Shown here in pieces: positions 1-10,091 of a stretch of DNA of 64,000 nucleotides (within the stretch, counting starts at the first letter, position 1; every line of letters starts with the position of its first letter). The translations under genes and the position numbers were made by a program. Under the pieces are notes generated by a model. It ran no database searches. It saw nothing but the letters and a program-made list of their open reading frames with translations, and was not told where the DNA came from. Where the stretch lies: positions 64,001 to 128,000 of the forward strand of contig CAWEJX010000016.1 of the NCBI GenBank assembly GCA_963809485.1. Direction: 5' to 3'. Source of the stretch: an uncultured Acidobacteriota bacterium (GTDB lineage: Bacteria; Acidobacteriota; UBA6911).

Positions 1-99
1 GTGGTTATGAAACGCGGGACGGCAACGGTAACGCGGGACGAACTGTGCGGCGCCCTGGCCAAGGATACATCCAAAAGCGTTCCCCGGCGCCAGGGTTGA
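1..99 (+). CDS. 3' end of heptose-7-phosphate kinase (RfaE domain I/HldA, PfkB family), partial
   Basis: Frame 1 reads [15 protein letters not shown]...* (TGA 97-99), a typical RfaE kinase C-terminus; directly upstream of the adenylyltransferase. Confidence 0.7.
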   Translation: MVMKRGTATVTRDELCGALAKDTSKSVPRRQG

Positions 100-122
100 A
101 TCTCCAGTCTCTAATCAAAAAC

Positions 123-617
123 ATGTGGTCCGATCCCAAGCAAAAGATCAAAAAACTCGAAGAGCTCGAAATTCTGGCTGCGGATTTGCGCGCAAAAGGC
201 AAAAAGGTGATATTTGCCAACGGCTGCTTCGATCTTCTCCATGTCGGTCATATTCGATATCTGCAGGCGGCCCGTGCCCTGGGGGACGTGCTGATACTGG
301 GAGTCAACGGGGATGCCGGCGTAGGTGCGCTGAAGGGAAAAGGGCGCCCGCTGCAATCCGAAGCTGAGCGCGCCGAGGTTTTGGCCTCCCTGGAATGCGT
401 GGATTACGTGCTGGTATTTGACGCGCCCACGGTGGATGGTATCCTGAAAGAGTTGCGGCCCGATGTTCATGCCAAGGGGACGGATTATACGGAAGAAAGC
501 GTCCCCGAACGCGAGACGGTACGATCCTACGGCGGGCAGGTAGCGATTGCCGGAGATCCCAAAGATCATTCAACACGGGACCTGATCGAAATTATTTTGG
601 CCAAGTTTGCCTCATGA
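123..617 (+). CDS. rfaE2: D-glycero-beta-D-manno-heptose-1-phosphate adenylyltransferase (RfaE domain II)
   Basis: [11 protein letters not shown] (HxGH) and KGTDY motifs; start taken at ATG 123. Confidence 0.9.
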   Translation: MWSDPKQKIKKLEELEILAADLRAKGKKVIFANGCFDLLHVGHIRYLQAARALGDVLILGVNGDAGVGALKGKGRPLQSEAERAEVLASLECVDYVLVFDAPTVDGILKELRPDVHAKGTDYTEESVPERETVRSYGGQVAIAGDPKDHSTRDLIEIILAKFAS

Positions 618-1652
618 ACGATTCCCCCGGGATTCTGATCATCCGTCTCAGCTCGCTGGGAGATATTCTGCACACTCTGCCGGCGTTTTCAGGCCTGCGC
701 GCGTCCTTTCCGGGCGCAAAAATCGATTGGCTGTCAGCCAAAAAGTCCGTTTCGCTCCTGTCGGCCGTGCGGGGGATCGACGAGATCCATGTGCTGGACA
801 CAGGCTCTTTGCAGAAATTTCCGCCTGATTGGCCCGCGTGGAGTTCCACGAAGGAACTTGTCCGTAAGCTGAGGGCGAGGAACTACGACTATGCGATCGA
901 CTTTCAGGGGCTGCTGAAAACCGGTTTCCTGGCTTTCCTGAGCGGCTCGCGAACACGCCTGGGATTTTCCCGCGACCTTGTGCGGGAGCGGCCCGCCCAC
1001 TGGTTCTACAACCGAACGCTCAGCAAGCCGGATACACAATTTCATGTCCTTGAGCTCAACCGGAAGCTGGCAGGTCTGACCGGAGGGCACATCGGTCCGA
1101 CGTCGCTGGATTTTGCCGTTCGCGAAGAGGATGCGGCACGGATCGATTCCCTTCTGGCGAAAGAAGGCCTGACGGATTTTGTGATCATAAATCCAGGAGG
1201 CGGCTGGCCAACCAAGAGATGGAACCTCGAGCGGTATGGCGACTCTGGCCGCAAGAATACAGGGCAATCTGGGATTGCGCGTTGCCGTGACGACAGGTCC
1301 TGGCGAGGAAAGCTATTATGGCTCGATCGCCGAAAACTGCAGCGGATCGCCTTTGTCCCATCTGCCCGTATCTTTTCTTCAGTTGATCCCGTTGCTGCAA
1401 AAAGCGCGCATGATGATCGGCGGCGATACCGGGCCTTTTCATCTCGCTTGCGCCGTGGGAACACCGGCAGTCGGCATTTTCGGCCCCACGTCACCCATCA
1501 GAAACGGACCCTGGAACGCAATGGACGAGGTGGTGGTGCATACGCTGCCCTGCAGCTACTGCTATGGCAGGAGTTGCCCGACGAAAAATGAATGTATGGA
1601 CATCGGAGTCGATGAGGTATTTGAGGCTGTGGTTCGCCGGCTGGGGAAATAA
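614..1652 (+). pseudogene. GT9 LPS heptosyltransferase (WaaC/WaaF-like) split by one frameshift
   Basis: RLSSLGD, DFQGLLK and NPGGGWPTKRW in ORF 614..; GGDTGPFHLA..GIFGPT in ORF 1236..1652; frames join if one G is removed at ~1238. Confidence 0.85.
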
Positions 1653-2512
1653 TGGAGACACGCTGCATGCACGCTCGCAGGTTTTCACTGCTGACCGTTT
1701 TCCTTGTCACGGTCATGCTGGCCGGCGCCATTCCCTGCCAGGAAGTTGCCAGGCATGCCGGCACCCCCGATCTGCCATTCTCCGGCGGCGAGCGGTTAGT
1801 CTACTCCGTCAAATGGGATCCCCCCTGGTATCTCTTCTTTCTTCCTTCCATGGAAGCGGGCGAAGCCGAACTCCATCTTGCAGGGGAAACCGAGAATCAA
1901 GGGAAAAAGGCGATGCGGATGGTCTTTACTGCGCGTTCCAGCGGCTCGTTGGCATCGATGGCCGATATGAAGATCGAGGATGAGTTCGTTTTTCTTGCGG
2001 AATCGGGGACATTCTGCACTCTTGCTGTTTCCAAAAAAATCCGGGAAGGAAAACGCAAGCGCCAGGTGGACGTCGAATATCTGCGCGGCAGCGGCAGGCT
2101 GCATATCCATGAACTGGATGAGGCCGTCGCGCCTCCTGTCGTAAAAAAAAGCGAGTACAAAGAAAATATCCCTGATTGCGTCCAGGACCCGTTTTCCGCC
2201 CTTTACTTTTTCAGAATGTCGCCGCTGCAAAAGGGATTCACTCAGGACCTGACTCTGGCCAACGACGACCAGATCAAGAAAATCCGCTGCAAGGTGGAGA
2301 AACTGGAAATTGTGAATACTCCGGTGGGGAAATTCACGGCCTGGAAGGTAAATACGGAAGCGCTGCTGGGGGGGCTTTTTAAAGAAGGAGGCCAGTTCAA
2401 AATATGGTTTTCCGCCGACAACAGGAAGCTTCCGCTCCAGTTTGAAGTGAAAGTGAAGCTCGGCCATGTTTTAGGGAAACTGAAATCCGCCACAAATTCA
2501 GTGAATCCGTAA
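1652..2512 (+). CDS. Exported DUF3108-like protein
   Basis: Signal-like N-terminus, PFSGGERLVY, DPFSALY, TPVGKF, IWFSAD..LP motifs. Confidence 0.7.
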   Translation: METRCMHARRFSLLTVFLVTVMLAGAIPCQEVARHAGTPDLPFSGGERLVYSVKWDPPWYLFFLPSMEAGEAELHLAGETENQGKKAMRMVFTARSSGSLASMADMKIEDEFVFLAESGTFCTLAVSKKIREGKRKRQVDVEYLRGSGRLHIHELDEAVAPPVVKKSEYKENIPDCVQDPFSALYFFRMSPLQKGFTQDLTLANDDQIKKIRCKVEKLEIVNTPVGKFTAWKVNTEALLGGLFKEGGQFKIWFSADNRKLPLQFEVKVKLGHVLGKLKSATNSVNP

Positions 2513-2561
2513 TTCGCAGTCCCTAGCCAAGCTTTGATTTTCTTTTTCACCAGATTTTAGC

Positions 2562-2911
2562 AGTCAGGTACCTCCGGCAAAGCCGGAGGCTTGAAAGATT
2601 TGTACCGCTCAAAGCGGTTGGAGGAGTTACGCCGGTCTTGAACGCTGACTTACGCGGGCAAAAGCCGATGAGGCGCTTCCGATCCCCGCAGGGGCCAGCG
2701 CTCCGCGCTGGACAGTTTTCTGCGGCGGCACTGTGGCAAGCGCCGTGCGGCAAGGAGATGAAGGGTATGAGAAACCGGGCGTTTGCCACAGTGCCGCCGC
2801 AGAAAACTCCATCGGAAGCGCCTCATCGGCTTTTGCTCGCCGACCCTCGCCGAATAAATCGGCGTTTGTCAGCGCTTTTATCAGCGTTTCTCAGCGTTTC
2901 AAAATACGGAG
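2562..2911 (-). mobile_element. Family A non-autonomous IS200/IS605-like element, copy A1 (lacks the distal hairpin end; contains nested palindrome)
   Basis: AGTCAGGTA-CCTCCGGCAAAGCCGGAGG hairpin, ACCGCTCAAAGCGGT hairpin, 26-bp stems 2658-2683/2811-2836 and 2714-2739/2783-2808; near-identical to other copies. Confidence 0.75.
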
Positions 2912-3150
2912 AATGATCGATTTATGGCAGCAACAAGTCCCGGTAGAGACGACTGAGTCGGTGAAAAACTCAGCCGTCCCTGCCAGGACGGCTATTGCAC
3001 ATTCGCTTCAGATTGACGTGCAGGAACGAAGCGGCTGAGTCACAGGGCGGCGCCTAATTGGCCTAGGGGCGTATTCATTTACGGTGCTCCTAGATCCTCG
3101 CCACCACTTTTGAGACAGTCTCTGGAGAGACGTCCTCGGTAGTTTCAGGC

Positions 3151-3520
3151 CGGAGTCCGCCGTAAGCCGAATTCTGTTTCTCCGCAAAGCGGAGACGGCA
3201 ATCATTCATCTTGTCCCCGGATCACTCCGGAGATCCAGCGGTCTACCCAAAAGCATCGGGCGGGCAGCCCTTATCCTTTTCAGGATGGCTTTTCTATTTG
3301 ACCTTGCTCCGTGTGGGGTTTGCCCTGCCGTCCCTGTTACCAGGGACGCGGTGCGCTCTTACCGCACCTTTTCACCCTTACCTCGCCATGCGAGGCGGTA
3401 TGTTTTCTGTGGCACTTTCCGTAGGGTTGCCCCTCCCTCGCGTTACGAGGCACACTGCCCTGTGGAGTTCGGACTTTCCTCGACCCTTGTTAAAGGGCCG
3501 CGATTGCCTGGCGGACTCCC
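3151..3520 (-). ncRNA. rnpB: RNase P RNA (type A)
   Basis: Minus strand has GAGGAAAGTCCG, GTGCCACAGAAA and ACAGAATTCGGCTTA; the ends pair as P1 (GGAGTCCGCC/GGCGGACTCC). Confidence 0.95.
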
Positions 3521-3586
3521 GCACAGCAATTTTATGCCATAACGCAGGAGAATGAAACAGGATACAGGAGGCAGGCGGGGCCCGGC

Positions 3587-4630
3587 CTAGCCGGCCTTGT
3601 TCTTCTCGGCGGGCGCCGGAACCGGCTTGATAAGTCCCAGCATTTCGCGAAGCTTTACAGCGAGCGTGCCGGCTACTTCCGGGTGCTCCCGGATGAATTG
3701 TTTGGCGTTTTCGCGCCCCTGCCCAAGCCTCTCTCCCTGGTAGGAGAACCAGGCGCCGCTTTTCTCAATCAGCTTTCGCTCCACGGCCTGATCTACGAGG
3801 TCTCCCTCGTAGGATATTCCCTGGTTGTAAAGGATGTCGAATTCTGCTTCGCGGAAAGGAGGCGCAAGTTTGTTTTTGACGATTTTGACGCGCGTCCTGC
3901 TTCCAACGACCAGGTCCCCTTCCTTTATGGAACCTATCCGGCGGATATCCACGCGGATCGATGAATAAAACTTCAGAGCACGGCCCCCGGTGGTCGTTTC
4001 AGGATTGCCGAACATGACGCCGATTTTCTCGCGCATCTGGTTGATGAAAACCATGCACGTATTGGATTTTGAGACGATGGCCGTCAACTTGCGCAACGCC
4101 TGCGACATTAGCCGGGCCTGCAGCCCCGGCAGAGAGTCGCCCATCTCCCCCTCCAGTTCGGCCCTTGGAACCAGAGCCGCCACCGAATCGACGACAAGGA
4201 TATCGATGGCGCCGCTTCGCACGAGCACCTCGGCGATTTCCAGCGCCTGTTCCCCGCTGTCCGGCTGGGACACCAGCAGTTCATCGGTATTGACGCCGAG
4301 CATTTTGGCATAACCGGCATCCATCGCATGTTCGGCATCGATAAAAGCAGCGGATCCTCCGGCTTTCTGCGCCTGAGCGATGGCATGCAGCGCAATAGTG
4401 GTTTTGCCGCTGGATTCGGGCCCGAAGATTTCCACAACGCGCCCCTTGGGAAAACCGCCCACGCCCAAGGCGGCGTCGAAGGATATCGATCCCGTGGAAA
4501 TGGACTGAACGCCCGCAGTATCGATGCGGTCTCCGAGGCGCATAATGGATCCTTTGCCGAATTGCTTTTCAATCTGCGTCAGAGCCATATCGATTGCTTT
4601 GTTTTTATTGATCCGCTCGTCTGCCATCAC
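3587..4630 (-). CDS. recA: Recombinase RecA
   Basis: GPESSGKTT Walker [20 protein letters not shown]. Confidence 0.99.
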   Translation of the reverse strand: MMADERINKNKAIDMALTQIEKQFGKGSIMRLGDRIDTAGVQSISTGSISFDAALGVGGFPKGRVVEIFGPESSGKTTIALHAIAQAQKAGGSAAFIDAEHAMDAGYAKMLGVNTDELLVSQPDSGEQALEIAEVLVRSGAIDILVVDSVAALVPRAELEGEMGDSLPGLQARLMSQALRKLTAIVSKSNTCMVFINQMREKIGVMFGNPETTTGGRALKFYSSIRVDIRRIGSIKEGDLVVGSRTRVKIVKNKLAPPFREAEFDILYNQGISYEGDLVDQAVERKLIEKSGAWFSYQGERLGQGRENAKQFIREHPEVAGTLAVKLREMLGLIKPVPAPAEKNKAG

Positions 4631-4899
4631 ATCATCCCTTCCATAGTGGGTTGAATCTCCAAACGACTCTCTACCTATCTAATATGAGAACGAAGATTTG
4701 AGCCATGAAATTTTGCGTCCGGCGCCGCCGGAGAGAACATCCTACCACGACTCGACCCGATATGAAACGGACCGGTACACGCCATGGAAAATACGCCGCA
4801 ACCTGGCATAGAACAGGGTATCGAATGCGACGTCGCTTCCGACGAAGAGACAAAAACATGATAGACTCTTCTCCGGCTTCATTTCGGGAGAGGATCATC

Positions 4900-5703
4900 A
4901 TGGCCGAAGACAGATCACAAAAATGGGCTCTGATTCTGGGTGCTTCCAGCGGGTTCGGCGCGGCCTGCAGCCTCGCGCTGGCTCGCAAGGGCTTCAGCAT
5001 TGTCGGCGTTCACCTGGATCGGAGGGCGACTGCGGCAAATGCCGGGACGGTCGTTTCAGAAATAGAGCGGCTCGGGCAGCAGGCATTGTTCTTCAACGTT
5101 AACGCAGCGGACCCCGAACGGCGCCTCGAGGTAATAGCGAAATGCCGGGAGGTGATCGAGGCGGACCCCTCCTGCCAGGGCATCCGCTGTGTCTTGCACT
5201 CGCTGGCTTTTGGCACCCTGAAGCCCTTTGTCTCCGCAGGGCCGTCGGAACGTATCCGGCCGGCCGATATGAATATGACGCTGGATGTGATGGCTCATAG
5301 CCTTGTGTACTGGATTCAGGATTTGTTTGACGCGGGATTGCTCAAGGCAGGGGCCAGGATTTTTGCGATGACGAGTGCGGGCGGGCGAAGAGTGTGGCCT
5401 GCTTATGGAGCGGTTTCGGCCGCCAAGGCCGCCCTGGAATCCCATGTCCGGCAGCTGGCAGTTGAGCTGGCATCCTACGGCATATCGGTCAATGCCCTTC
5501 AGGCCGGAGTTACGGATACTCCGGCCGCAAGAAAGATTCCCGACAGTGAGCGGATGTTCGCCCGGGCCTTGCAGTCGAATCCCGGCAGGCGCCTGACGAC
5601 TCCCGAGGATGTGGCTGAGCTCCTGGTTGCTCTCACCCTTTGCGAAACAGCCTGGACGACAGGCAACATTATACGCGTCGATGGCGGCGAAGACCTGGTA
5701 TAG
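4900..5703 (+). CDS. SDR oxidoreductase, FabL/enoyl-ACP reductase-like
   Basis: GASSGFG and YGAVSAAKAALES (Yx6K); SD GGAGAGG before ATG 4900. Confidence 0.8.
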   Translation: MAEDRSQKWALILGASSGFGAACSLALARKGFSIVGVHLDRRATAANAGTVVSEIERLGQQALFFNVNAADPERRLEVIAKCREVIEADPSCQGIRCVLHSLAFGTLKPFVSAGPSERIRPADMNMTLDVMAHSLVYWIQDLFDAGLLKAGARIFAMTSAGGRRVWPAYGAVSAAKAALESHVRQLAVELASYGISVNALQAGVTDTPAARKIPDSERMFARALQSNPGRRLTTPEDVAELLVALTLCETAWTTGNIIRVDGGEDLV

Positions 5704-5737
5704 CCATGATGGCGGCCAAGGCGCCAACTGAATTACG

Positions 5738-6131
5738 AGTCAGGCACCTCCGGCAAATCCGGAGGTAAGATTTGAACCGCTCAAAGCGGTTGGAGGAGTT
5801 ACCCGGTCTTGAACGCTGACTTACGCGGGCAAAAGCCGATGAGGCGCTTCCGATCCCCGCAGGGGCCAGCGCTCCGCGCTGCACAGTTTTCTGCGGCGGC
5901 ACTGTGGCAAACACCCGGTTTCCCATACCCTCCTTCTCCCTGCAGCACGGCGCTTGCCACAGTGCCGCCGCAGAAAACTCCATCGGAAGCGCCTCATCGG
6001 CTTTTGCTCGCCGACCCTCGCCGAACAAATCGGTGTTTGTCAGCGCTCTTGTCAGCGTATCTCAGCGTTTCAAATTTCGGAGCGGTCAAACTCTATGAGT
6101 CCGCCGGCAGAGCCGGGGATTTACCAATAGA
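5738..6131 (-). mobile_element. Family A element, copy A2 (complete; central 43-nt loop inverted)
   Basis: Both terminal hairpins and both nested stems are present; loop 5911-5953 is the reverse complement of the loop in A1/A5/A7. Confidence 0.8.
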
Positions 6132-6234
6132 ATGACGAATAACGAAATAAATCACACAGCCCGGTAGGGCGATTCCACGGTTTCACCCGATCATAAATCC
6201 TGTCCAGGCAGTGTGTTTCAATTCGTAATTCGTC

Positions 6235-6263
6235 TTGACTCTATAGCCTGTGATTGGTAACAT
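6235..6263 (+). promoter_or_regulatory. sigma70-like promoter of rpmB
   Basis: TTGACT-17 nt-TAACAT with extended -10 TG. Confidence 0.55.
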
Positions 6264-6288
6264 TTGCCGCTCTGAGGGGAGTAGGAAA

Positions 6289-6480
6289 ATGCCGATGCAG
6301 TGTTATGTTTGTGCCAAAAGCCCGATCTTCGGTCATACTGTTTCCCACGCTCACAATGTTCGTTCGCGGAAGTTTTATCCGAACCTCCAGAGCGTACGCA
6401 TCCTCGAAAACGGCACCGTAAAGCGTGTACGGGTCTGCACCCGTTGTCTGAGGTCCGGAAAAGTCCGGAAAGCCATCTAA
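6289..6480 (+). CDS. rpmB: 50S ribosomal protein L28 (Zn-ribbon type)
   Basis: CYVC..GHTVSHAHN..PNLQ..VCTRCLRSG. Confidence 0.95.
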   Translation: MPMQCYVCAKSPIFGHTVSHAHNVRSRKFYPNLQSVRILENGTVKRVRVCTRCLRSGKVRKAI

Positions 6481-6854
6481 GCGACTGCAACCGCCTCGAT
6501 CTCCAGCAAAACTCCCATGGGCAGGCGTGCCACCTGAACGGTGGATCGCGCCGGCTGAGCCTCGGGGAAATATCCCGCATAGATCCGGTTAAACTCTGGG
6601 AAATCATCAAGATTGGACAGGAAAACTGTGGTTTTGACGACCTTTGACAGTTTGCTTCCCGCCGCGTCGAGGATGGCGGAAAGGTTGCGCATCACCTGGT
6701 GAGTCTGCGCCGCGATTCCGCCTTCGGCAATTTGCGTGCTCTCCGGCCGGACGGGGATCTGACCTGAAACAAACACAAAGCCATTAGCCCGGACAGCCTG
6801 AGAATACGGACCAATCGGCCCCGGCGCATTCTTGGTTTCAATAATCTCCCGCAT
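6477..6854 (-). CDS. ridA: RidA/YjgF family enamine/imine deaminase
   Basis: APGPIGPYSQA, SGQI, PARSTVQVARLP, EIEAVA; SD GGAG before ATG 6854. Confidence 0.9.
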   Translation of the reverse strand: MREIIETKNAPGPIGPYSQAVRANGFVFVSGQIPVRPESTQIAEGGIAAQTHQVMRNLSAILDAAGSKLSKVVKTTVFLSNLDDFPEFNRIYAGYFPEAQPARSTVQVARLPMGVLLEIEAVAVA

Positions 6855-6894
6855 ATATGGCTCCCACGAGTCGAATCGATATTGGATCTTTAAC

Positions 6895-7175
6895 AACCTC
6901 CGCGAAGCCGGTCGCTTTAAGGTTGCCGCTCCTCAAAGAGGCCTGTCCGCAACCGACAAAAGCTAAAAACGGTTTCACACGCAATAAGCATCTCTAAATC
7001 ATTCTTGAACCGCAGAATATCGAATAATGAATGTAGAATTTCGAAGTTCTTCTGCGGTTCGATATTCGGCATCCCGCAGTGCTTATGCTCTCGGTTGTTG
7101 TCGGAACCCCGGGGGAAAGGCATGCTTCAGTATTTGTCAAACCGAGGCTGCTCACCGGCAGAGCCTGAGAATCTC
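6895..7175 (-). mobile_element. Family B IS200-like non-autonomous element, copy B1
   Basis: Collinear with 19476-19722: CCTCAAAGAGG, TCACACGCAATAA, GAACCGCAGAAT..TTCTGCGGTTC, GGGAAAGGC.TGCTTCAGTATT.GTCAAAC, CACCGGCAGAGCC. Confidence 0.65.
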
Positions 7176-7250
7176 GCAACCGATGAATACTCCACCCGCA
7201 GAGCGGGTGGTATCAGGAAGCCCCCAGGACGGGGGCAGCGAGATCAACAC

Positions 7251-7369
7251 GAATGTCGAATAATGAATTTCGAATTATGAAGTATTGGAACGCTTGCATA
7301 TTTTGCGATGCCCGCCTCTCCAGACATCTAGTTCGACATTCGACATTCATCATTCGATATTCATCATTC
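7251..7369. repeat. Inverted heptamer tandem repeats (GAATRTC-type / ATTCGAC-type)
   Basis: GAATGTC GAATAAT GAATTTC GAATTAT ... TTCGAC ATTCGAC ATTCATC ATTCGAT ATTCATC. Confidence 0.8.
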
Positions 7370-7456
7370 TCTTTTCTGTTTCTTCAGGACGCACCCCGGA
7401 ACGGTAGAGAGTTTTCGAGTTACGCCGCCATAGGCGGCGGTTTACCATAATGCGAA

Positions 7457-9622
7457 TTAGGGCAGCTGGGCCACCCGCTCGACTTCCTGGATCCCGCGGA
7501 TGGTTTTCAGTCCCTGGATGACTTTCTGCAGATGTTTTACATCCGCTATGTCGACAGTGATCTCGACGACACCCTTGCCGGAATTGGCATCGCTGAATGA
7601 GCGGGATTCCCGGATGTTGGTTTTAAGGTTTGAGATGGCCGAAGTGATATCCGCAAGAATCCCCTGCCTGTCCTCTACCGAAATGGAGAGGCGCACGCCA
7701 AAAACCTCGTCGCCCGGCGCGTCGACCCATTCCACATCCGTGATACGATCCGAACCGAAAAAACTGGCGAGGTTCGGGCACGTGGTAGTGTGAACGGAAA
7801 TTCCCTTCCCCCGGGTTATATACCCGACGATCTCGTCCCCGCGTATGGGATTGCAGCATTTTGCGCGATAAACCAGCAAGCCGTCCTGGCCTTTGACAGT
7901 TATGGCGGAATCCCCCTGGCCTAAGACTCTGCGGACCACCGACGGCAGGCCGGAGGGTTTGGGCCTTTCTTCGGACGGCGGAGTGAGATCCGGGAATAGC
8001 GGGGAGAGGATTTCACGGGGCGAGATTTTGCCGAAACCGACTGCAGGGTAAATGTCTTCCGGCCGCTGCAGCCCATTCTGCGCAAGGACATTCGGAAGCT
8101 GAGTCATGAGCAGCACCTTTTTCCAGGTGGTTTTGAATTTCCTCGATTCCTTCTCCATCAGCTTCTTGCCCAGCTCCGCTGCGTCTTCCTTCTCTTTCTG
8201 ATTGATCCAGTGCTTGATTTTCCCGCGGGCACGAGCTGTTTTTACGAAAGATAGCCAGTCGCGGCTTGGAGATGCATCCTTGGCGGTGACAACCTCAACG
8301 ACCTCGCCGTTTTTGACCTTGTGCCGCAAAGGCACGATCCTCGTGTTAACCTTGGCTGCGACGCAGTGGTGCCCGACTTCGGTGTGAATGGCATATGCGA
8401 AGTCGATTGGGGTGGCATCGCGCGGAAGCGTGATTACCTCGCCCTTGGGGGTGAAACAATACACTTCGTCCGGATACAGGTCGATTTTCAGGTTGCTGAG
8501 GAACTCCCTCGGATCGCTGATTTCCTCCTGGGACATGATGAGCTGCCGCAGCCGCCGGAATTGCTCCTCTCCCTCCACCGTGCCGAGTTTTCCTTCCTTG
8601 TACTTCCAGTGGGCGGCGATGCCCTCCTCGGCGATGCGGTGCATTTCGTCGGTACGGATCTGAATCTCGAAAGGCTGTCCATTGCGGCCGATTACGGAGG
8701 TATGCAGCGACTGGTACAGGTTGGGACGCGGGATCGCGATGTAGTCCTTGATGCGGCCCGGCACGGGCTTCCAGAGGTTATGAAGAATGCCCAGGATCGT
8801 GTAGCAGTTCCTCACGGAATCAGTGATCACCCGTATGGCGATGAAATCAAAGACCTCATCGATCGTAATCTTTTGCCGCTTCATCTTGCTGTAGACGCCG
8901 TAAATGCGCTTGGTGCGGCTTTCCAGCCGGGCGGGGATTTTGTGCTCTCCGAGTTCTTTCGCGATGATACGCTCCGCCTCGTGGATGAAATCCTGCTTCA
9001 CGGCCCGGCGCGATTCAATTTGGGAAACGGTATTCTGGTATGCGACGGCATCCAGGAAGCTGAAGGCGAGGTCCTCGAGTTCTCCGCGGATTTTGGCCAT
9101 TCCTAACCGATGGGCCAGCGGCGCGTAGATTTCCATGGTTTCCAGCGAAATTCTTTCCCGCCGGTCGGGTGGAAGGTACTGCAGGGTGCGCATATTGTGC
9201 AGGCGGTCCGCGAGTTTAACAAAGAGCACGCGGACGTCTTTGACCATGGCGAGAAGCATCTTCCGGAAGTTCTCGGCCTGCTTCTGATGCCGGGAGGCCA
9301 ACTGAACCTGTGCGATTTTGGTCACGCCGTCGACCAGCAGGTAGACCTCATCGCCGAACTGCCTTCGGAGCTCCTCCGGCGACATGAGGGTATCTTCCAG
9401 GACGTCGTGCAGCAAACCCGCGGTAACGGTCACAACATCCAGTTTAAGCTCGGCAAGAATATTGGCGACCTCGAGCGGATGCGTGAGATACGGCTCCCCG
9501 TTCATCCGGACCTGCCCCTTGTGATATTTGGCCGAAACCACATATCCCCGCTGGATCATCTCCATGGGGGCATCCGGATGATACCGTCCTATCTTCTCCG
9601 CAAGGTCCTCATACCGTATCAT
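7457..9622 (-). CDS. relA: Bifunctional (p)ppGpp synthetase/hydrolase RelA/SpoT
   Basis: HD motif LHDVLEDT, synthetase YQSLHT/EIQIRT, TGS, CCNPIRGD and ACT domains. Confidence 0.97.
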   Translation of the reverse strand: MIRYEDLAEKIGRYHPDAPMEMIQRGYVVSAKYHKGQVRMNGEPYLTHPLEVANILAELKLDVVTVTAGLLHDVLEDTLMSPEELRRQFGDEVYLLVDGVTKIAQVQLASRHQKQAENFRKMLLAMVKDVRVLFVKLADRLHNMRTLQYLPPDRRERISLETMEIYAPLAHRLGMAKIRGELEDLAFSFLDAVAYQNTVSQIESRRAVKQDFIHEAERIIAKELGEHKIPARLESRTKRIYGVYSKMKRQKITIDEVFDFIAIRVITDSVRNCYTILGILHNLWKPVPGRIKDYIAIPRPNLYQSLHTSVIGRNGQPFEIQIRTDEMHRIAEEGIAAHWKYKEGKLGTVEGEEQFRRLRQLIMSQEEISDPREFLSNLKIDLYPDEVYCFTPKGEVITLPRDATPIDFAYAIHTEVGHHCVAAKVNTRIVPLRHKVKNGEVVEVVTAKDASPSRDWLSFVKTARARGKIKHWINQKEKEDAAELGKKLMEKESRKFKTTWKKVLLMTQLPNVLAQNGLQRPEDIYPAVGFGKISPREILSPLFPDLTPPSEERPKPSGLPSVVRRVLGQGDSAITVKGQDGLLVYRAKCCNPIRGDEIVGYITRGKGISVHTTTCPNLASFFGSDRITDVEWVDAPGDEVFGVRLSISVEDRQGILADITSAISNLKTNIRESRSFSDANSGKGVVEITVDIADVKHLQKVIQGLKTIRGIQEVERVAQLP

Positions 9623-9779
9623 GGGTTAATCGTTACTCTTGAATGATTATAGAATACGGAATGACTGCCATGTAAGCTTGCTTTTGGCCCCAGCCTGCAT
9701 TCCTTGCAGGCTTTCGGCCGCCGCCGCCTATCCGTGCAAACCCGCCGGGACATTCGACTTGCACTAGACAGTACCCCTG

Positions 9780-9945
9780 AGTCACGAATATCGAATTTCG
9801 AATGTCGAATGCCGAACCGCAGAAGCGCTTCGAAATTCATCATTCATTATTCGACATTCTGCGGCTCAGCAATAGGCAAAGAATATTTATTGCGCATGAC
9901 ACTTCATTAGTCTTTCCCCGATTGCGATCAGGCCCCTTTGAGCGG
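9780..9945 (+). mobile_element. Family B element, partial copy B3 in opposite orientation, with heptamer hairpin
   Basis: Reverse complement reads CCGCTCAAAGGGGCCTGATCGCAATCG..TCATGCGCAATAAA..GAGCCGCAGAATGTCGAATAATGAAT..TTCTGCGGTTCG. Confidence 0.6.
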
Positions 9946-9973
9946 AGACGAGGGACCACATGTCCGCAGGCAC

Positions 9974-10006
9974 AAAAAAAGGGACGGAAATCTCCGTCCC
10001 TTTTTT
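9974..10006. terminator. Intrinsic (bidirectional) terminator downstream of the TPR gene
   Basis: AAAAAAAGGGACGGA-AATC-TCCGTCCCTTTTTT. Confidence 0.8.
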
Positions 10007-10091
10007 ATTGTTCGGGCGCTTCCAAATATTATTCAGCGTTGCTTTTCCATCGGTGCGGAATATTTCCGGGAAACTCAGCAACTAAAGGCAC

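Noticed and set aside
2547-3038. Recurring ORFs such as MNADLRGQKPMRR.. and MANARFLIPF.. (also at 5.8, 42.3 and 61.2 kb)
   Set aside because: They are translations of the palindromic repeat, with inconsistent starts, stops and frames between copies.
4631-4899. LexA/SOS box upstream of recA shared with uvrA
   Set aside because: I could not find a convincing shared palindrome or direct repeat by eye.
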